Translations under genes and position numbers: made by a program
The notes under the pieces: generated by a model
What the model saw: only the letters and a program-made list of their open reading frames with translations
The model's database searches: none
What the model was told of the DNA's origin: nothing
Source of the DNA: Stylophora pistillata
Taxonomy: Eukaryota
Assembly: GCF_002571385.2 (NCBI RefSeq)
Contig: NW_019218081.1
Coordinates: 65,855 to 125,442 of the forward strand
Length of the DNA stretch: 59,588 nt
Reading direction: 5' to 3'
In this document: positions 11,961 through 23,639 of the stretch, piece by piece
Layout: each line of letters begins with the position of its first letter
Position numbering within the stretch: the first letter of the stretch is position 1

Positions 11961-13276
11961 AAAAAACTCTTAAAGAAAAAGAATGTAAAATTAGAGAATT
12001 AAAACAGAAGGAATTCATAGAGAGAAGTTATTATCAAGCCATCGTTCGTTGTTTGTACCCGTGATCATGTCTGGGTCAAAGAACACCAAACACAACGCAA
12101 GAGGAGGAAACAAAGGAGAAAGCATGCAGTCACGATGGTAAGAAGTATCATGTATCACATGAGTATCACGTTTTTTATACTATACATATGCATACGATTC
12201 ACCACACGTGTTACTAAAACGGAATCGTGATTGGCTAAAGATGTATATATGAGAGGGATGTATATATGTTTCCTCCTCTCTCTCTGCTTGGGTATTGTGA
12301 AGACGGCTTCTCCAAAAACGTGCAAGAAAGTAATCGTTCAGCAAGAACAGTTGTACTACCTCGTGGACGCCATAGTAGACCTCCTTATGGCAGAAGATAG
12401 CGAAGACGAGTGTATCATATTAAAAACCATAAGAGATCCATTTGTCATGAAGCCAGACGAGCTGTTCTACTCCAATGAAAAATACAGAGAAAAAAAGACC
12501 GAAGCCATAGACAGCCTTAGGAAGTTATTGCGCTTCATCGTGGAGTGCAAGCTCGAAGAAAAGATGAGAAAAGTCAGCCTCGCGGATGACGAGACTTGAA
12601 AGAGCGAGACATTTTGCAAACAAAGTTCCATGTATGTTTCTTTTTAGATGTAATAAACGTGTTTGCATTGAAACGTGTGTACTCATTTGTGTCTCGATCG
12701 ACTGCCGTAAAGAGCTTCCCGATTCGTATCCCCGAGAACTTTATTACCAGTGGTATCTAGGCTCTCACGAAATCTTTAAAGAACTACTACTACATGTGCG
12801 CTCCTTGGGAAATACCAAACCGCCTGAGTTTTTGGGTGGCTGCATGGTCCATGAGTTGACACCACTCGTTTCATTTTACTTTAGAGCATACCCCTTCTAC
12901 TCACAGTCTTAGTCGGTTAGATTAGTATGTCTAACTCGCGATACCCAAACGCGAAATTTAGGGTCCATTCTCTTTTCTCTGTGTTGTGTGACAATAAATA
13001 ATGTCAAATGCAAAAACAGTGTGTTTGACTTAATCCCTTCGCCATCTTGGATTCTTTTGTTCCCTTTGTTTGAGATTACACCTTGAAAACCTTTATTTTT
13101 TTAAATGAGATACAAAAACCCCACACATGAACCTATGCGATATCCAACCCTAACCCCAAAACCCTAATCCCCCTAAACCCCTCGCGGACCTACGTGGTAT
13201 GAATATTAATGAACCCTCTCGGTCGAATGACTCGGACCCAGGCCACGCAGAAAGGGCTAGACAGAACCCCTACACT
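11960..13276. mobile_element. Compact segment with two small overlapping ORFs, possibly the end of a Polinton/Maverick-like element
   Basis: ORFs at ~12387-12599 and 12586-12912 overlap. Upstream are ATTGG and TATATA motifs; downstream are AATAAA and telomere-like AACCCT repeats. The segment ends at ...CCCCTACACT (AGTGTAGGGG on the minus strand), next to BEL sequence. No hallmark gene is seen. Confidence 0.3.
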
Positions 13277-13391
13277 ATTCACCTACAGGTCCTCACCATG
13301 TTTCCGTCTGGGAAAATGGGGTCAAAGCTTGCAAATATCATCTGAAGCGTATAGTTGGCGAAAGTAAACTCGCGTTCGAAGAGATGGCAAC
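13277..13391 (+). mobile_element. BEL/Pao integrase fragment (empty-site version)
   Basis: SPTGPHHVSVWENG..VKACKYHLKRIVGESKLAFEEMAT. Bases 13343-13391 recur at 15956-16004. Confidence 0.8.
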
Positions 13392-13409
13392 NAAACAATT
13401 CAAAATGAA

Positions 13410-14984
13410 ATGATTGCAACTGTGGGTGCTATCATTGTGAATAATTTGTCACAGGAAATTAGGGATAGCAAATATTTCAGTATTATGTCTGACGAAGCAG
13501 CTGACATATCAAATAAAGAAAATCTTTCTGTGGTGATCAGATTTCTTGATTCGACCAAAACAGTCAGAGAAGAATTTGTGGGATTCTACCTTTGTGAGGA
13601 TGGAACAACAGGAGCAGCTATCAAAGATTTGATAATTAGTGCTGTAACTGATTTAGGACTATCTATGAATGACTGTCGTGGCCAATGCTATGATGGTGCT
13701 GGCAATATGTCTGGGCGCTTGAATGGAGCTTCATCACTTATTAGGGCTCAACATGACAAGGCTATATATGTTCACTGTATGAACCATAGGCTTAACTTGT
13801 GTGTTGCTGACACATGCCAATTACCACTTGTTAGAAACATGATGGATGTTGTAAGAAAAATCTCTGAATTTTTTGACAATTCCCCCAAGCGACAGCAGCA
13901 TTTGATCAGCAAGATTGGAGCACTGATTCCTGCTGCCAACCACTTTGTTTTGGTAAATGTGTGTAAAACAAGGTGGATCGAGCGCATTGATGGTATGGAC
14001 CGAATCGTGGAGCTTCTTCATCCAGTTGTGGCTACCCTTGAAGACATTTCCATGAACAGAAATGCTCCTGGGTGTGGGAACTGGAATCATAACAGCAGAA
14101 ATGATGCGCAAGCCCTAATTAATGCAATCACATTTCCCTTTATTGTTACCCTTGTTATTGTGAGACACATTTTAGACTTAACCAGACCACTCACTGTTAG
14201 GCTGCAAAAGAAAGCAATGGATCTTCTTAAAGCAAAAGAGGAAATTGTTCTGTTGAAGTCAGTCCTAAGGGACATGCAAACTGACATTGATACTAGACAC
14301 CATGCTCTCTATGAAGAAGCTGTTACTCTAGCAAGACTTGTTTCAGTGCAGCCAAGCATGCCCAGGATAAATCAAAGGCAAGTTCATAGAAACAATGCGC
14401 CAGCCCCAACCCCAGAATACTATTACAGGATCAATCTGACAACAGACTTCCTTAACCATGCTCTCATGCAACTGAACAGCAGATTTGAAGATGATGTTTT
14501 TGTGTGCTATAAAGGATTTTCAGTGATTCCTTCTATTTTGTTGGCTACTGACCCCATTTGGAAGGATAATGTTAGAGAATTTTGTAACCATTACAGACAA
14601 GATCTTCCTAATTATGCAGGTTTAGCAGCAGAGCTTATGTTGTGGGAAAGAATGTGGAAGAGCAAAAATGATAGAAGAGAAGAGATCCCTGACAGTATAG
14701 CTACCACCCTAGAACAAATTGACAAGGGTGCTTATGTGAATGTGTATACAATACTTCAAATCCTGATAACCATTCCTATTTCATCTGCATCTTGTGAAAG
14801 ATCCATCTCAACCCTCCGAAATCTGAAGACCTATTTGAGAAATGCAATGGTCCAGGATAGACTGAATGGCTTGGCATTGATGTATACCCACAGAGAAATG
14901 AAATTAGACCTTGAACAAATTATAGATTTATTTGCTAATTTACATCCTAGACGAATGAGAATGGAAAATATTTTAAATGAATAA
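13410..14984 (+). CDS. hAT transposase (DUF4371 + C-terminal dimerisation domain; ZMYM1/PRKRIR-like), N-terminus missing
   Basis: IMSDEAADIS, GQCYDGAGNMSG, VHCMNHRLNL, TRW, SASCERSIS and RLNGLALM. 524 codons with no interruption. Confidence 0.92.
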   Translation: MIATVGAIIVNNLSQEIRDSKYFSIMSDEAADISNKENLSVVIRFLDSTKTVREEFVGFYLCEDGTTGAAIKDLIISAVTDLGLSMNDCRGQCYDGAGNMSGRLNGASSLIRAQHDKAIYVHCMNHRLNLCVADTCQLPLVRNMMDVVRKISEFFDNSPKRQQHLISKIGALIPAANHFVLVNVCKTRWIERIDGMDRIVELLHPVVATLEDISMNRNAPGCGNWNHNSRNDAQALINAITFPFIVTLVIVRHILDLTRPLTVRLQKKAMDLLKAKEEIVLLKSVLRDMQTDIDTRHHALYEEAVTLARLVSVQPSMPRINQRQVHRNNAPAPTPEYYYRINLTTDFLNHALMQLNSRFEDDVFVCYKGFSVIPSILLATDPIWKDNVREFCNHYRQDLPNYAGLAAELMLWERMWKSKNDRREEIPDSIATTLEQIDKGAYVNVYTILQILITIPISSASCERSISTLRNLKTYLRNAMVQDRLNGLALMYTHREMKLDLEQIIDLFANLHPRRMRMENILNE

Positions 14985-15109
14985 TTTAATTTTTGTACCA
15001 GACAGTCACTAATGTTTCTAGAGTACTTGTAAGTTATAAGCCGATCCTGGCTATAAACCACACCATTTTCTTTCCCAGTATATACTTTGCTTACAAGTCC
15101 ATAGCCAGA

Positions 15110-15566
15110 ACTAGCCTCAGCAAGAGTAAAACACTTGATTCCGAAGCGGCCAGGCTTGATGGAAATAAACTAGCGAAAAGAGATTTTAACCTTGAATTTT
15201 ATGAGGGTTTCATCTAAATCTTCGTCAGACTCTCTGTGTTCCATAATATTGGCAAGAGGCAAATCATCTTCGTCAACAAACTCGATTTGCACCGAATTCT
15301 GAGCAAGAAGAGCATTATTTTGATCCGAAGCGGCCGCCATTTTTAAAAAGCTAACTGATCTCACACGTGTTTGAAAATTTTTGAAAATTTATTGCGAAAT
15401 TGATCGAAAAACTACAATTTTTTACATTCAAATGCGAAATTTAGATTTCGTCCGCCATTTTGAAAAATATCTAGGCCCAATCTCGCTCAGAACGAGAGAT
15501 ACGAGCAAAGCTTGGGGGCTAGTAATTTTCCACGCATATGTGCGTGGCTAGGACTCTGAGGGTTAA
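15110..15566 (-). mobile_element. piggyBac-like 5' end fragment inside the hAT 3' region
   Basis: The minus strand begins TTAA|CCCTCAGAGTCCTAGCC, followed by an acidic N-terminal ORF (MAAASDQ..DEDDLPLANI..ESDED). The left boundary is approximate. Confidence 0.5.
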
Positions 15567-15955
15567 AACCTACAGAAACTCCAACACTCCAGACGGCACC
15601 GAGGGTGGAGCAATCCACTCAGAAGAAACTGCAGGACTGGCGGATGAGGATAAGATATATGAAAAATTCGACGCCGGCAATGAGGACGAACAGTAAGCCG
15701 TTTTACTACGCGTCGAAAACAACAAACCGCTCCTTTGGGGAAGCCACTACATAGATAAAGTCCACGACGAACTTCGAACTTGTGCCTGCAATATCTCGGC
15801 TTATCGACGAATATAGAGGTATGCATCTTTTGAATTTGTTATTTCTAAAAATATATGAGGCCACTGAATTTTAAATTTTCGTGGGGAGCATGCCCCCAAA
15901 CCCCCCTAGTTAGGTTGGTGCAAATCACTCATGTAAAATCCTGGATCCACCCCTG

Positions 15956-16460
15956 TGAAGCGTATAGTTGGCGAAAGTAAACTCGCGTTCGAAGAGATGG
16001 CAACTGTTCTGTGCCAAATCGAGGCTTGCCTCAACTCTAGACCACTTTACACAGCACTCGACTCAAATGATGACGATGGAATTGCTCCACTCACCCCTGG
16101 TCAATTTCTAACTGGCAGACCACTCGAAGCACTGACTGACCAAGTTTCAACTACACCCATTTCAACGTTAAAACGATGGTAACTTTGTCAAGCCTCAATA
16201 CAGCATTTTTGGAAACGGTGGTCTACCGAATACCTTCAATAAGTGGAGGCGACCCAAACGAAGTCTTTGTGTTAATGACATTGTGCTATTAAAGGACAAT
16301 CGCACTCCACCATGTCAATGGCCCCTTGGGCGAATCATCAGAATCCATCCTGGACCAGACTAGTTGTTTAGAGTGGTCACTGTCAAAACCAAGACTGCAA
16401 CATTCATTCGACCAGTTGTAAAGTTGTGCCTGCTAATCCCATCAGAGGATACCCTGTAAA
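15956..16460 (+). mobile_element. BEL/Pao integrase C-terminus and DUF5641-like tail, decayed
   Basis: IEACLNSRPL, PLTPGQFLTG, FWKRWSTEYL, DIVLLKD, WPLGRIIRIHPG and RPVVKLC, with stops. Confidence 0.88.
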
Positions 16461-17999
16461 GAAACTGTGTACAATTTAAGAACTTTAGCAAATTGTTAGA
16501 ATCCAGTGCTAAGTATATTATGAACCTCATAAGCTCAGAGAACAAGTATAAGAATGAAATGAACTCAAAGAAACTTTTTTAGGCAACTTTATTAGAAGAA
16601 ACTCAAAAGAACATTTTCCAGAAACATTATTTGAACTAAGGACGTTGAACTTTATGTTGATGGTATCAAGGCCGGCGGAAAAGACACGCTTGAATCAGCA
16701 TTCTTATTTGAATATCTGCCCATGCGCAGTTTTGTACACATTGTCATTACCTCGTGTTTTCAAGTTGTCAGTTAATGTTAGTTTTTAACCTCAATTCATG
16801 TACAACCTTTGAACAAATTGTACGACTCTTTTGGTCAAAAAATACACAGACTTAAAGTCAAATTTCCTCGTGCCTCATTGAACGAGCCCATCCACTTTCT
16901 TCCTTTGCATCGTTTAAAGAAAATCTTGTAAAGTACTCTAAATCTATTGATAAAATATCTTTTGGTTGTAGTTCTACCATTACATTTAAGAACTCTGATG
17001 ATTTTATATATTTTTAGATGCTATTTCATACTTTTATTTGTTAAATTTGTAAGTTTCTCTGCTTAAATTAATGTGCATTTAAATTACCTAATTAATATAT
17101 CTTGTCGATATTTATGCATAGCAGGTCTACATCAGCTTTCGCTACTATATTTTTAACCTGCATTGTTAAATAATGCATGTATGTATGTATGTAAGCCAGC
17201 AGAACCCAGTACCTACACACAGGGTACTCAAACAGTGGTTGAAGAGCTCGCAGAGCAACTGCGTGTGGATGATGAGGTTACTCTTGCAGCTGAAAGACTT
17301 GGGCTTCCTTTAGATGAAGTGGATGATCATGAATCAGATGAATCTGATTATTACAGTGATTTTGAAGATGTAATGAAAGAAGTCCAATCTGAAGCATCAT
17401 GGTTTCTCCAATTTTTTGTATGTTACAGTTATTTACATTTAAAACAGTGAATTCAAAGAGTAAACACTGACAGAAACTGTGCAATAACGAGAAAAAGAAA
17501 AGTTGTGTTGAAGACAAAATATAGTGTAAGAGAATAGTATTTTCCTTCTTGTGCACTGTAGTTTCTCAGGATTTTTAATCACATGGCATGTGATTGCACA
17601 AAGGTGGATTCCAGAACTATAAGATCAACTTAACAGTTTTTTTTTTATTTTAATCAGTTCATTTGCCACACACAATTTAGTTACAATGATTAATAAATTA
17701 CAATGGTTACAAAGTTACAGTGATTAAAGAACAAGAGATAGAAAAGAGTGGGAAAACCATGTACAGATTTACACAATGCTGGCAGAAAATAGGCCCAGAT
17801 TGCATTTCAGAGTATCATTTTTGGCAAAAATTCCTGCGGGAGACCCCCAAAACCAACTGAGCCCCCCATACCCTCTTCGAATGGTGTGCATGCCTTGCTG
17901 TAGCCACCTACTTTATGGACAGAACCTGCTACTCAGTAACCTACCGACAACCCTATATTAACAAGATAAGGTTTCCATTGTTGCCAGCTGAAGCGAAAT

Positions 18000-18850
18000 C
18001 CTCTTTCGAGTTCTTGGAACAGTATTGCCTTAAGTTCCTAACCTCCTCGATCACTCTAGGAGACATTTTATAGTCTTTAACTGAAGAAAGAGGCTATTGG
18101 TGCGACAGATTCATCGCTCTGCCAATTTAATCTCGTTTCAAATGTGAAAAATACCTTCAACTGCACAACAACCCCAAAAAGACAATTGTTCATGGTCCAA
18201 CAGGCCCTTTGCCTGCCAGCAAGATTACTCGAGTGCAAAGAGTGCAAAACTACTTATGGCATTGGGCACTTCACTGACGAAAGTGGATCCCATATTTAAT
18301 TAAAAGGTATTCAGTTGCCTTTGATTGAGGCAAGCAACATGTCCTATGTGGACTGTGATTTCTACAAGTGGATACCAAGCCTTGAGTAAGTGTTGTTCTA
18401 TCGAAGATATACATTCCCCTAAACTTGAGAAGACAGTTGACTTGTATGCAAATTTAAAATTCTTATCATTTTCCTTTGCTAAGTCCTCAAAATTGCATGC
18501 TTACTCTCAAGCCTCAAGCACCAATATCGAATCAAAGGACCAAATAGAAGCATTTGTAAGGGTAAATGGATGAGATAACGCTGCTTGGGGATAATATTCG
18601 GTTTGTATGTTCTTGGCAAATTAGTTAAATACTCCTTAACAGTGCTTCTAAAATAGAAAACACTGGCCTGGGTTCTTTCACTACAAAAAGCAACGAACAT
18701 TATCTCAAGAAATGTCACAAAGGAAATCCACTGTGGAGATATGTGATCCACACAGTCATTTAAAATAAATAGCTGTTTCTCCTGAGTTTGTGGAGCTTTC
18801 TCGCCCGCCTCGACTAGCTCCTGCTATTTGTGGGCAAGAACGGTCTTCAG
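18000..18850 (-). pseudogene. CACTA/EnSpm-like transposase remnant
   Basis: IIPKQRYLIHLPLQMLLFGPLIRYWCLRLESKH matches the PKxHxxxHxP..GPL..W.MRFExKH motif. Frameshifted. Confidence 0.65.
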
Positions 18851-19699
18851 GAACAAGAAAGTGTAAATTAGATCAATAATAATTAGATTAATTAAATTAA
18901 TTAGATTAATTTGTAATTTGTCATTTCCTATTAAGCTTTCTTCTTATCAAGCTTCGATAAACTTCAAACTTCAAATCTTTCCATTTCAAGATCCCCATGC
19001 CTCAGGACAATTGCACTATTTTTGGCATGTGCATAACTCAGAGGAAAGTGCTTACCCTTAATATCAATTATTTGAATAATTATGGAGATTTTGAGACTCT
19101 TTTAAGAAAAAAATTATTAAAATTCAAGATTTTAACCAATTCTGGCTTATATATCATAATAAAGCTGATAAAATGTGGTATCAAAATGGATTATAGTGTG
19201 GCCGTTTTCACAAGCAGAACTGTTTGATTCACCAGAGTCTGTGTTAGGCTCGTCCATACCGCTTTTATTATCGCCTTCTCCCCCCTCAAAAGTCAGATGT
19301 GGCTATCCTCGGGAATATCCATAATCCTAGCAACTTCCTCTGCTTTATACCTTCTCGCTTGCCATGTCACCATGTTGAAATCGCTTTTTGAATGTTTTAT
19401 CAAATATGAGCAAAAAATTACTCGATTATGATTCCAAATGTTAAGTTAATTTTACCTACGCCTTGTTTAAATACCCCTTCAGGACATTTAAATTGAAGGT
19501 TTGAAGAAAAAACATCAAATTCTAGAGAAATAATGCAGCAAAGTCCGTGAAAAATTTCAGCACATTTGTAAACAACCTCAGATATGAAAACTAAAGTCTG
19601 ACCCAAGAACACTATATCTCATGTAAACAATGATTTTTGTCCATAACATCTTGTGCGCGGAATAATCCATCCTTGACAGATTAAGGGTTGATAGCCCTT

Positions 19700-20150
19700 G
19701 TAAGACCAAGTGGACAGCAAAGCAAGTCCTCGCAACTCAACATGCAGACCCTTCTGATGATGACAGTCAACCAGGGCTTGCCATTGAATTTATGCCAGCA
19801 CCACCCAATGGAGCAGAACCTCAAGTTCCAGGCAGTACTACAAGCAGAAACAAGAGCACAGCTGATGAATCAGGGACTGATGACAGGCTACCTGTGGGAC
19901 CTGTTAGGTGTTCAATAAGAACAACTGCTGGACATCATAGTAACCATTACCAACACATGTTCTATGGAGTTTGCTAGAAGTGTTTAGTTCAAGAGATTAT
20001 AACAAGCAAAAGGGAGGGGGAAGGTGTGACAGTCACTAGATATATCATTTCTCAGAGTACCTACATCTAAAGGTTTTTTTTATTCTGTTTGTTAGGAATT
20101 TCACATTATGATTTAGCAAGATTATGATATTATTTAGGAAATCAATGTCT
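19700..20150 (+). mobile_element. Gypsy-type 3' end remnant
   Basis: PVRCSIRTTAGHHSN-like C-terminus, then a polypurine tract AAAAGGGAGGGGGAAGG directly followed by TGTGAC (LTR start at 20025). Confidence 0.5.
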
Positions 20151-21025
20151 TTACAACTGCATGTGTTAGCTCAAATGTGGTTTCACAGAGACCTTGAATG
20201 TTGTTTCATGTGTAGGTAGGAAAAAAGCAAGTGGGTAACGCCTTCATATGTTAGAGGAAATTCCCTACCTTCCACTTTTTGAAATGGACCTTTACTTCTA
20301 TGAAGAAATGGCATAGTATCCCAGGTGAACAGGCATGTGCTAACCCAGATCATAACAGAGCAAATGTTCTAGAAACTTCCAAGGAAGAACAGGCTAACTT
20401 TTTCTAAAACATTTCAAAATGTGGGACCAAACCTGCCATTCTCACCCTAATTGCACCTCAGAATGCTGCATTCGTGCCTAATGAGACCAAATTCCTACCA
20501 AAGCCCCTAACAGAGCTATAAAATGGTGATAATTTGAAAACAACTTTCAAGAACCATTCCAAAAGTCAGAAAATGTATTCAATGTGCTAGCAATAAGAAA
20601 ACCAGAAACTTTCAAGGAAGAACAGGCTAACTTTTCCGAAAACATTTCAAAATGTGGCATCCAACCTGCCATTCACTCCCTAATTGCACCTCACAATGCT
20701 GCATTTGTGACTCCCTTGAGACCAAATCCCTACCAAAGCCCCTTGCAGAGCTATACAATGGTGATAATTTGGGAAATGGCTTTCACGAACAACTCCATAA
20801 GTCAGAAAATGCATTCAATGTGCTGATAACAAGAAAACCAGAAACTTTTAAGGAAGAACAAGCTAACTTTTTCAAAAGCATTTCAAAATGTGGGATCAAA
20901 CCTGCTGATCTCTCCCTAATTGCACCTCAATGCTGCATCTGTGCCTAATGAGATGAAATCCCTACCAAAGCCCCCAACAGAGCTATACAATGGTGATAAT
21001 TTGGAGAATAACTTTCAGGAACCAC
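20150..21025 (+). pseudogene. Decayed ISL2EU second-ORF fragment (copy D) with an internal triplication
   Basis: KWVTPSYV.EIPYLP.FEMD.TS and EEQANFF.NISKCGTKPAIL.LIAP..LPKPL.ELY, which resemble the linker of SWIM-YqaJ proteins as I recall them. Confidence 0.5.
20371..21024 (+). repeat. About 2.8 diverged tandem copies of a ~235-bp unit
   Basis: AGAAACTTYYAAGGAAGAACA starts at 20371, 20604 and 20840. Confidence 0.9.
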
Positions 21026-21399
21026 TATGTTCATGTAATACACTCCAGCAACACACTTCAAATAATTTTGTCACTGGTTCTCAAGTTTCAGTGGTGTGAC
21101 CACACGTCACATCAGTCTATTGTTATCTTCAAAACACCCCTTTTCTTGTTTATGTTTTCTGCAGCTTGTACTGTTATTTTTCTAGTTTTGTGTTCCTTTA
21201 CTGCATGTAAAATATTACTTTATTTTTTATCATTTTCTAGGTAACATCTGTTGGTTATTTCCACTTATTCTATTCTAGATAATTTTACTTCTGTCCACTC
21301 CATTTTGGTTTCTGCCTTGTGTGATTTACCTGCTGAATTGCTGTTGGTTTGCAGTTACACTTAATTGCTTTGAAATCCTGGAATCCTTTTGGTCCAACT

Positions 21400-21882
21400 C
21401 ACTCAACCACCGCCTCCTGTTACATAGACATAGCCTAAATTCAGTCGGAAGGTTTGGGCACCTTTTGATGGGCAACCCAGATCTGTTTGCAGCAGATGTT
21501 GATGAGTGGTAAAGCCCAGCTTAATGCAAAGGTCTTCAAGAAATTGTACAACAATTAGTTCTCTGATGAAGGGTACCACCAGAAGGACAAGAAGGAGAAA
21601 ACAAAGTATTCTTTTGAACTGTTTTTAAAGGACCTAGAAGAAGGATTAGTCCAGGACTTGACTTTAGAGGACTTGCTTGTTTTCATTACTGGAGCAGATA
21701 ACATTCCTCCACTTGGTTTCATTGTTGCCTTTTATAACATGGATTCAGAACCTAGGAGACTACCTTGGTCATCAACATGTTCACTTACCCTCAGCCTATT
21801 AAATGGTTTTGAGGATACCCAAAAATTTGATGCTTTGATTTGTAATGCACTGTTAAACTGCTAGGCATTTAGCAAAGATTAA
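21400..21882 (+). pseudogene. HECT C-lobe (G2E3-like E3 ligase) remnant
   Basis: LTLEDLLVFITGADNIPPLGF..RLPWSSTCSLTLSL. The Cys sits in an STC motif. Stops are present. Confidence 0.65.
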
Positions 21883-22669
21883 CTTTTAGTTAATGGCAAT
21901 CCCTAGCTGGGTAGCAGCCTATTCTTTACAATAGCAAGACAAAGCCAAAATCTGTTGGATGCAAGATTGGAGACATGCACAGTCTATTGCATTTTTCATA
22001 TCCAACATGACATGTAAAATGCACGTGGAAATATCAATTGATTTCGAGCAATAGCTGTGAACAGCTGTTCTGCTCTGCTAAAAATCAAGGACATGATAAA
22101 CAAGGTGAGTTTTTAATATACACCTCTTTAATTGCTAGTTGAAGTCTTCATCAAGGTCATGAACAGTTTAGTGATTACTCTTGAAGAAGACAAGAGATAT
22201 TTTAGTTTGGCTGCTCTATCATGTGAGCAATTTTTGCCAATTAGCAAATGGAGGTGCAAAGATATCATCAATCAAGTCACACTTCATGGAGACCCATTAT
22301 TTTCTCAGTACATTCAGCAGCAGTGAAGTGTTGGGCAAATAATTAATGCTTTCATTCAGAGTTAACTGCCACCTGCAGCTTGCTGGTGTGAAGCCAACCT
22401 ACTTTACGTCCAAAGCGACTTCCCTTCCACAGGTAAATTATTCACAGTATTCCATTTATTTCAAATCATATTATCAGTACTTCCTTCAAGCTCTGACACC
22501 AGCACCCACTTTCACATTGAAACTTCTAGTACAAGTTACTGTTAACCAACCAATCAACACTTGGTTCCCAAGATTCAAGTGACCTTGAGCTAAGAATTGA
22601 GACTTTCACTCACAACCATGACACATGTTAAAGTGCTGCAATGACTCAAGGGTAGGGATAAATATTTTA

Positions 22670-22905
22670 ATAATAATAATACAAAATTTCTATAGCACCC
22701 TATTCAAGAGCTCCAAGGCGCTTCAAAATAAAATGTTTGATAAATTCGAAAAATAATAGGGCAAAATTACAATTATTTAAAGTAGCACTTAAAAGATAAG
22801 TTTAAAGATTGCTCTTAAAAAAATTAATGTAAGATTTAAACTATATTTTACATACTCTGGTAGATTATTCCAAAGTTTAGGGGCAAAAACCAAAAAAGCT
22901 AAATT
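22670..22905 (-). mobile_element. L2/CR1-type LINE 3' end
   Basis: The minus strand reads FLVFAPKLWNNLP..FKSNL.TYLF, then a 3' UTR with a (TTA)n tail. Confidence 0.6.
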
Positions 22906-23639
22906 TTAGGGCTTTGTAACCATTTCAAGAGAAATGGCATGTGAAAGAAATTGTTTAGATTCAGAAAACTAGTTGCAAATGGCTTCTTTTTCCATTTTAA
23001 GCACTAATGGATCTGAAGATTGATTTTTAGAAATCAACTTTGGAAAAAGTTCCAAATAACCCCAGACATTAATTATGCATTTCATTTCATTAATTATGTA
23101 CGTGTATCATTGTTTTTCAAGACAATAACTTACTCCCAAGGGTTTAGCATATATACATTACTAATTAGCACTTACTGCTTCAATGATAGAGGAATCGATT
23201 GAGAGTGGCTTTTTATTCTCTATTTTTGTCCCGCATTCTTCTCCCCTTTATTCCCACTAATTTCTCCTTTTTTGTCTTTTTTACCTTCTTAGCAGCCCTG
23301 CTCAACCTTGATCCATTGCTCTTTAGTCAACATGTTATTACCAGACCATTACCAGACCATTACCTTAACCACTTTGCTACACAAATCAGTTAGGAGTTAT
23401 CATCCAAAAATTACTTTTTGTTTTGCCTTTCCCTGAAAAAATTTTCATAACAATATGTGCATTGATATAATGCCCAAAAGGTCCCCTTTGCACTAAAGAA
23501 TACATTTCTTCTTCTCTACAATTGGCCAAACACCACATAACAAACAAAATTTATTCATCCCTCTTTCTATTGACATCTACAAGACAAGAAGAGAAGAAGA
23601 AGAAGAAGAAGAAGATGGAAAGAATGAACTTATTTCGAC

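Larger units (their letters stand above)
13393..15955 (+). mobile_element. hAT DNA transposon (3' part), right TIR ATCCTGGATCCACCCCTG
   Basis: Open transposase ORF, subterminal GGGGAGCATGCCCCC..CCCCCTAG, and TIR ending at 15955. The left end is lost in the gap at 13392. Confidence 0.85.

Noticed and set aside
13145-13180. True telomere
   Set aside because: Only a few degenerate AACCCT units, located internally.
17163-17450. Acidic 95-aa ORF as a gene
   Set aside because: It starts at TTG and has no recognisable domain. It is probably the tail of a decayed TE gene, but I cannot assign it.
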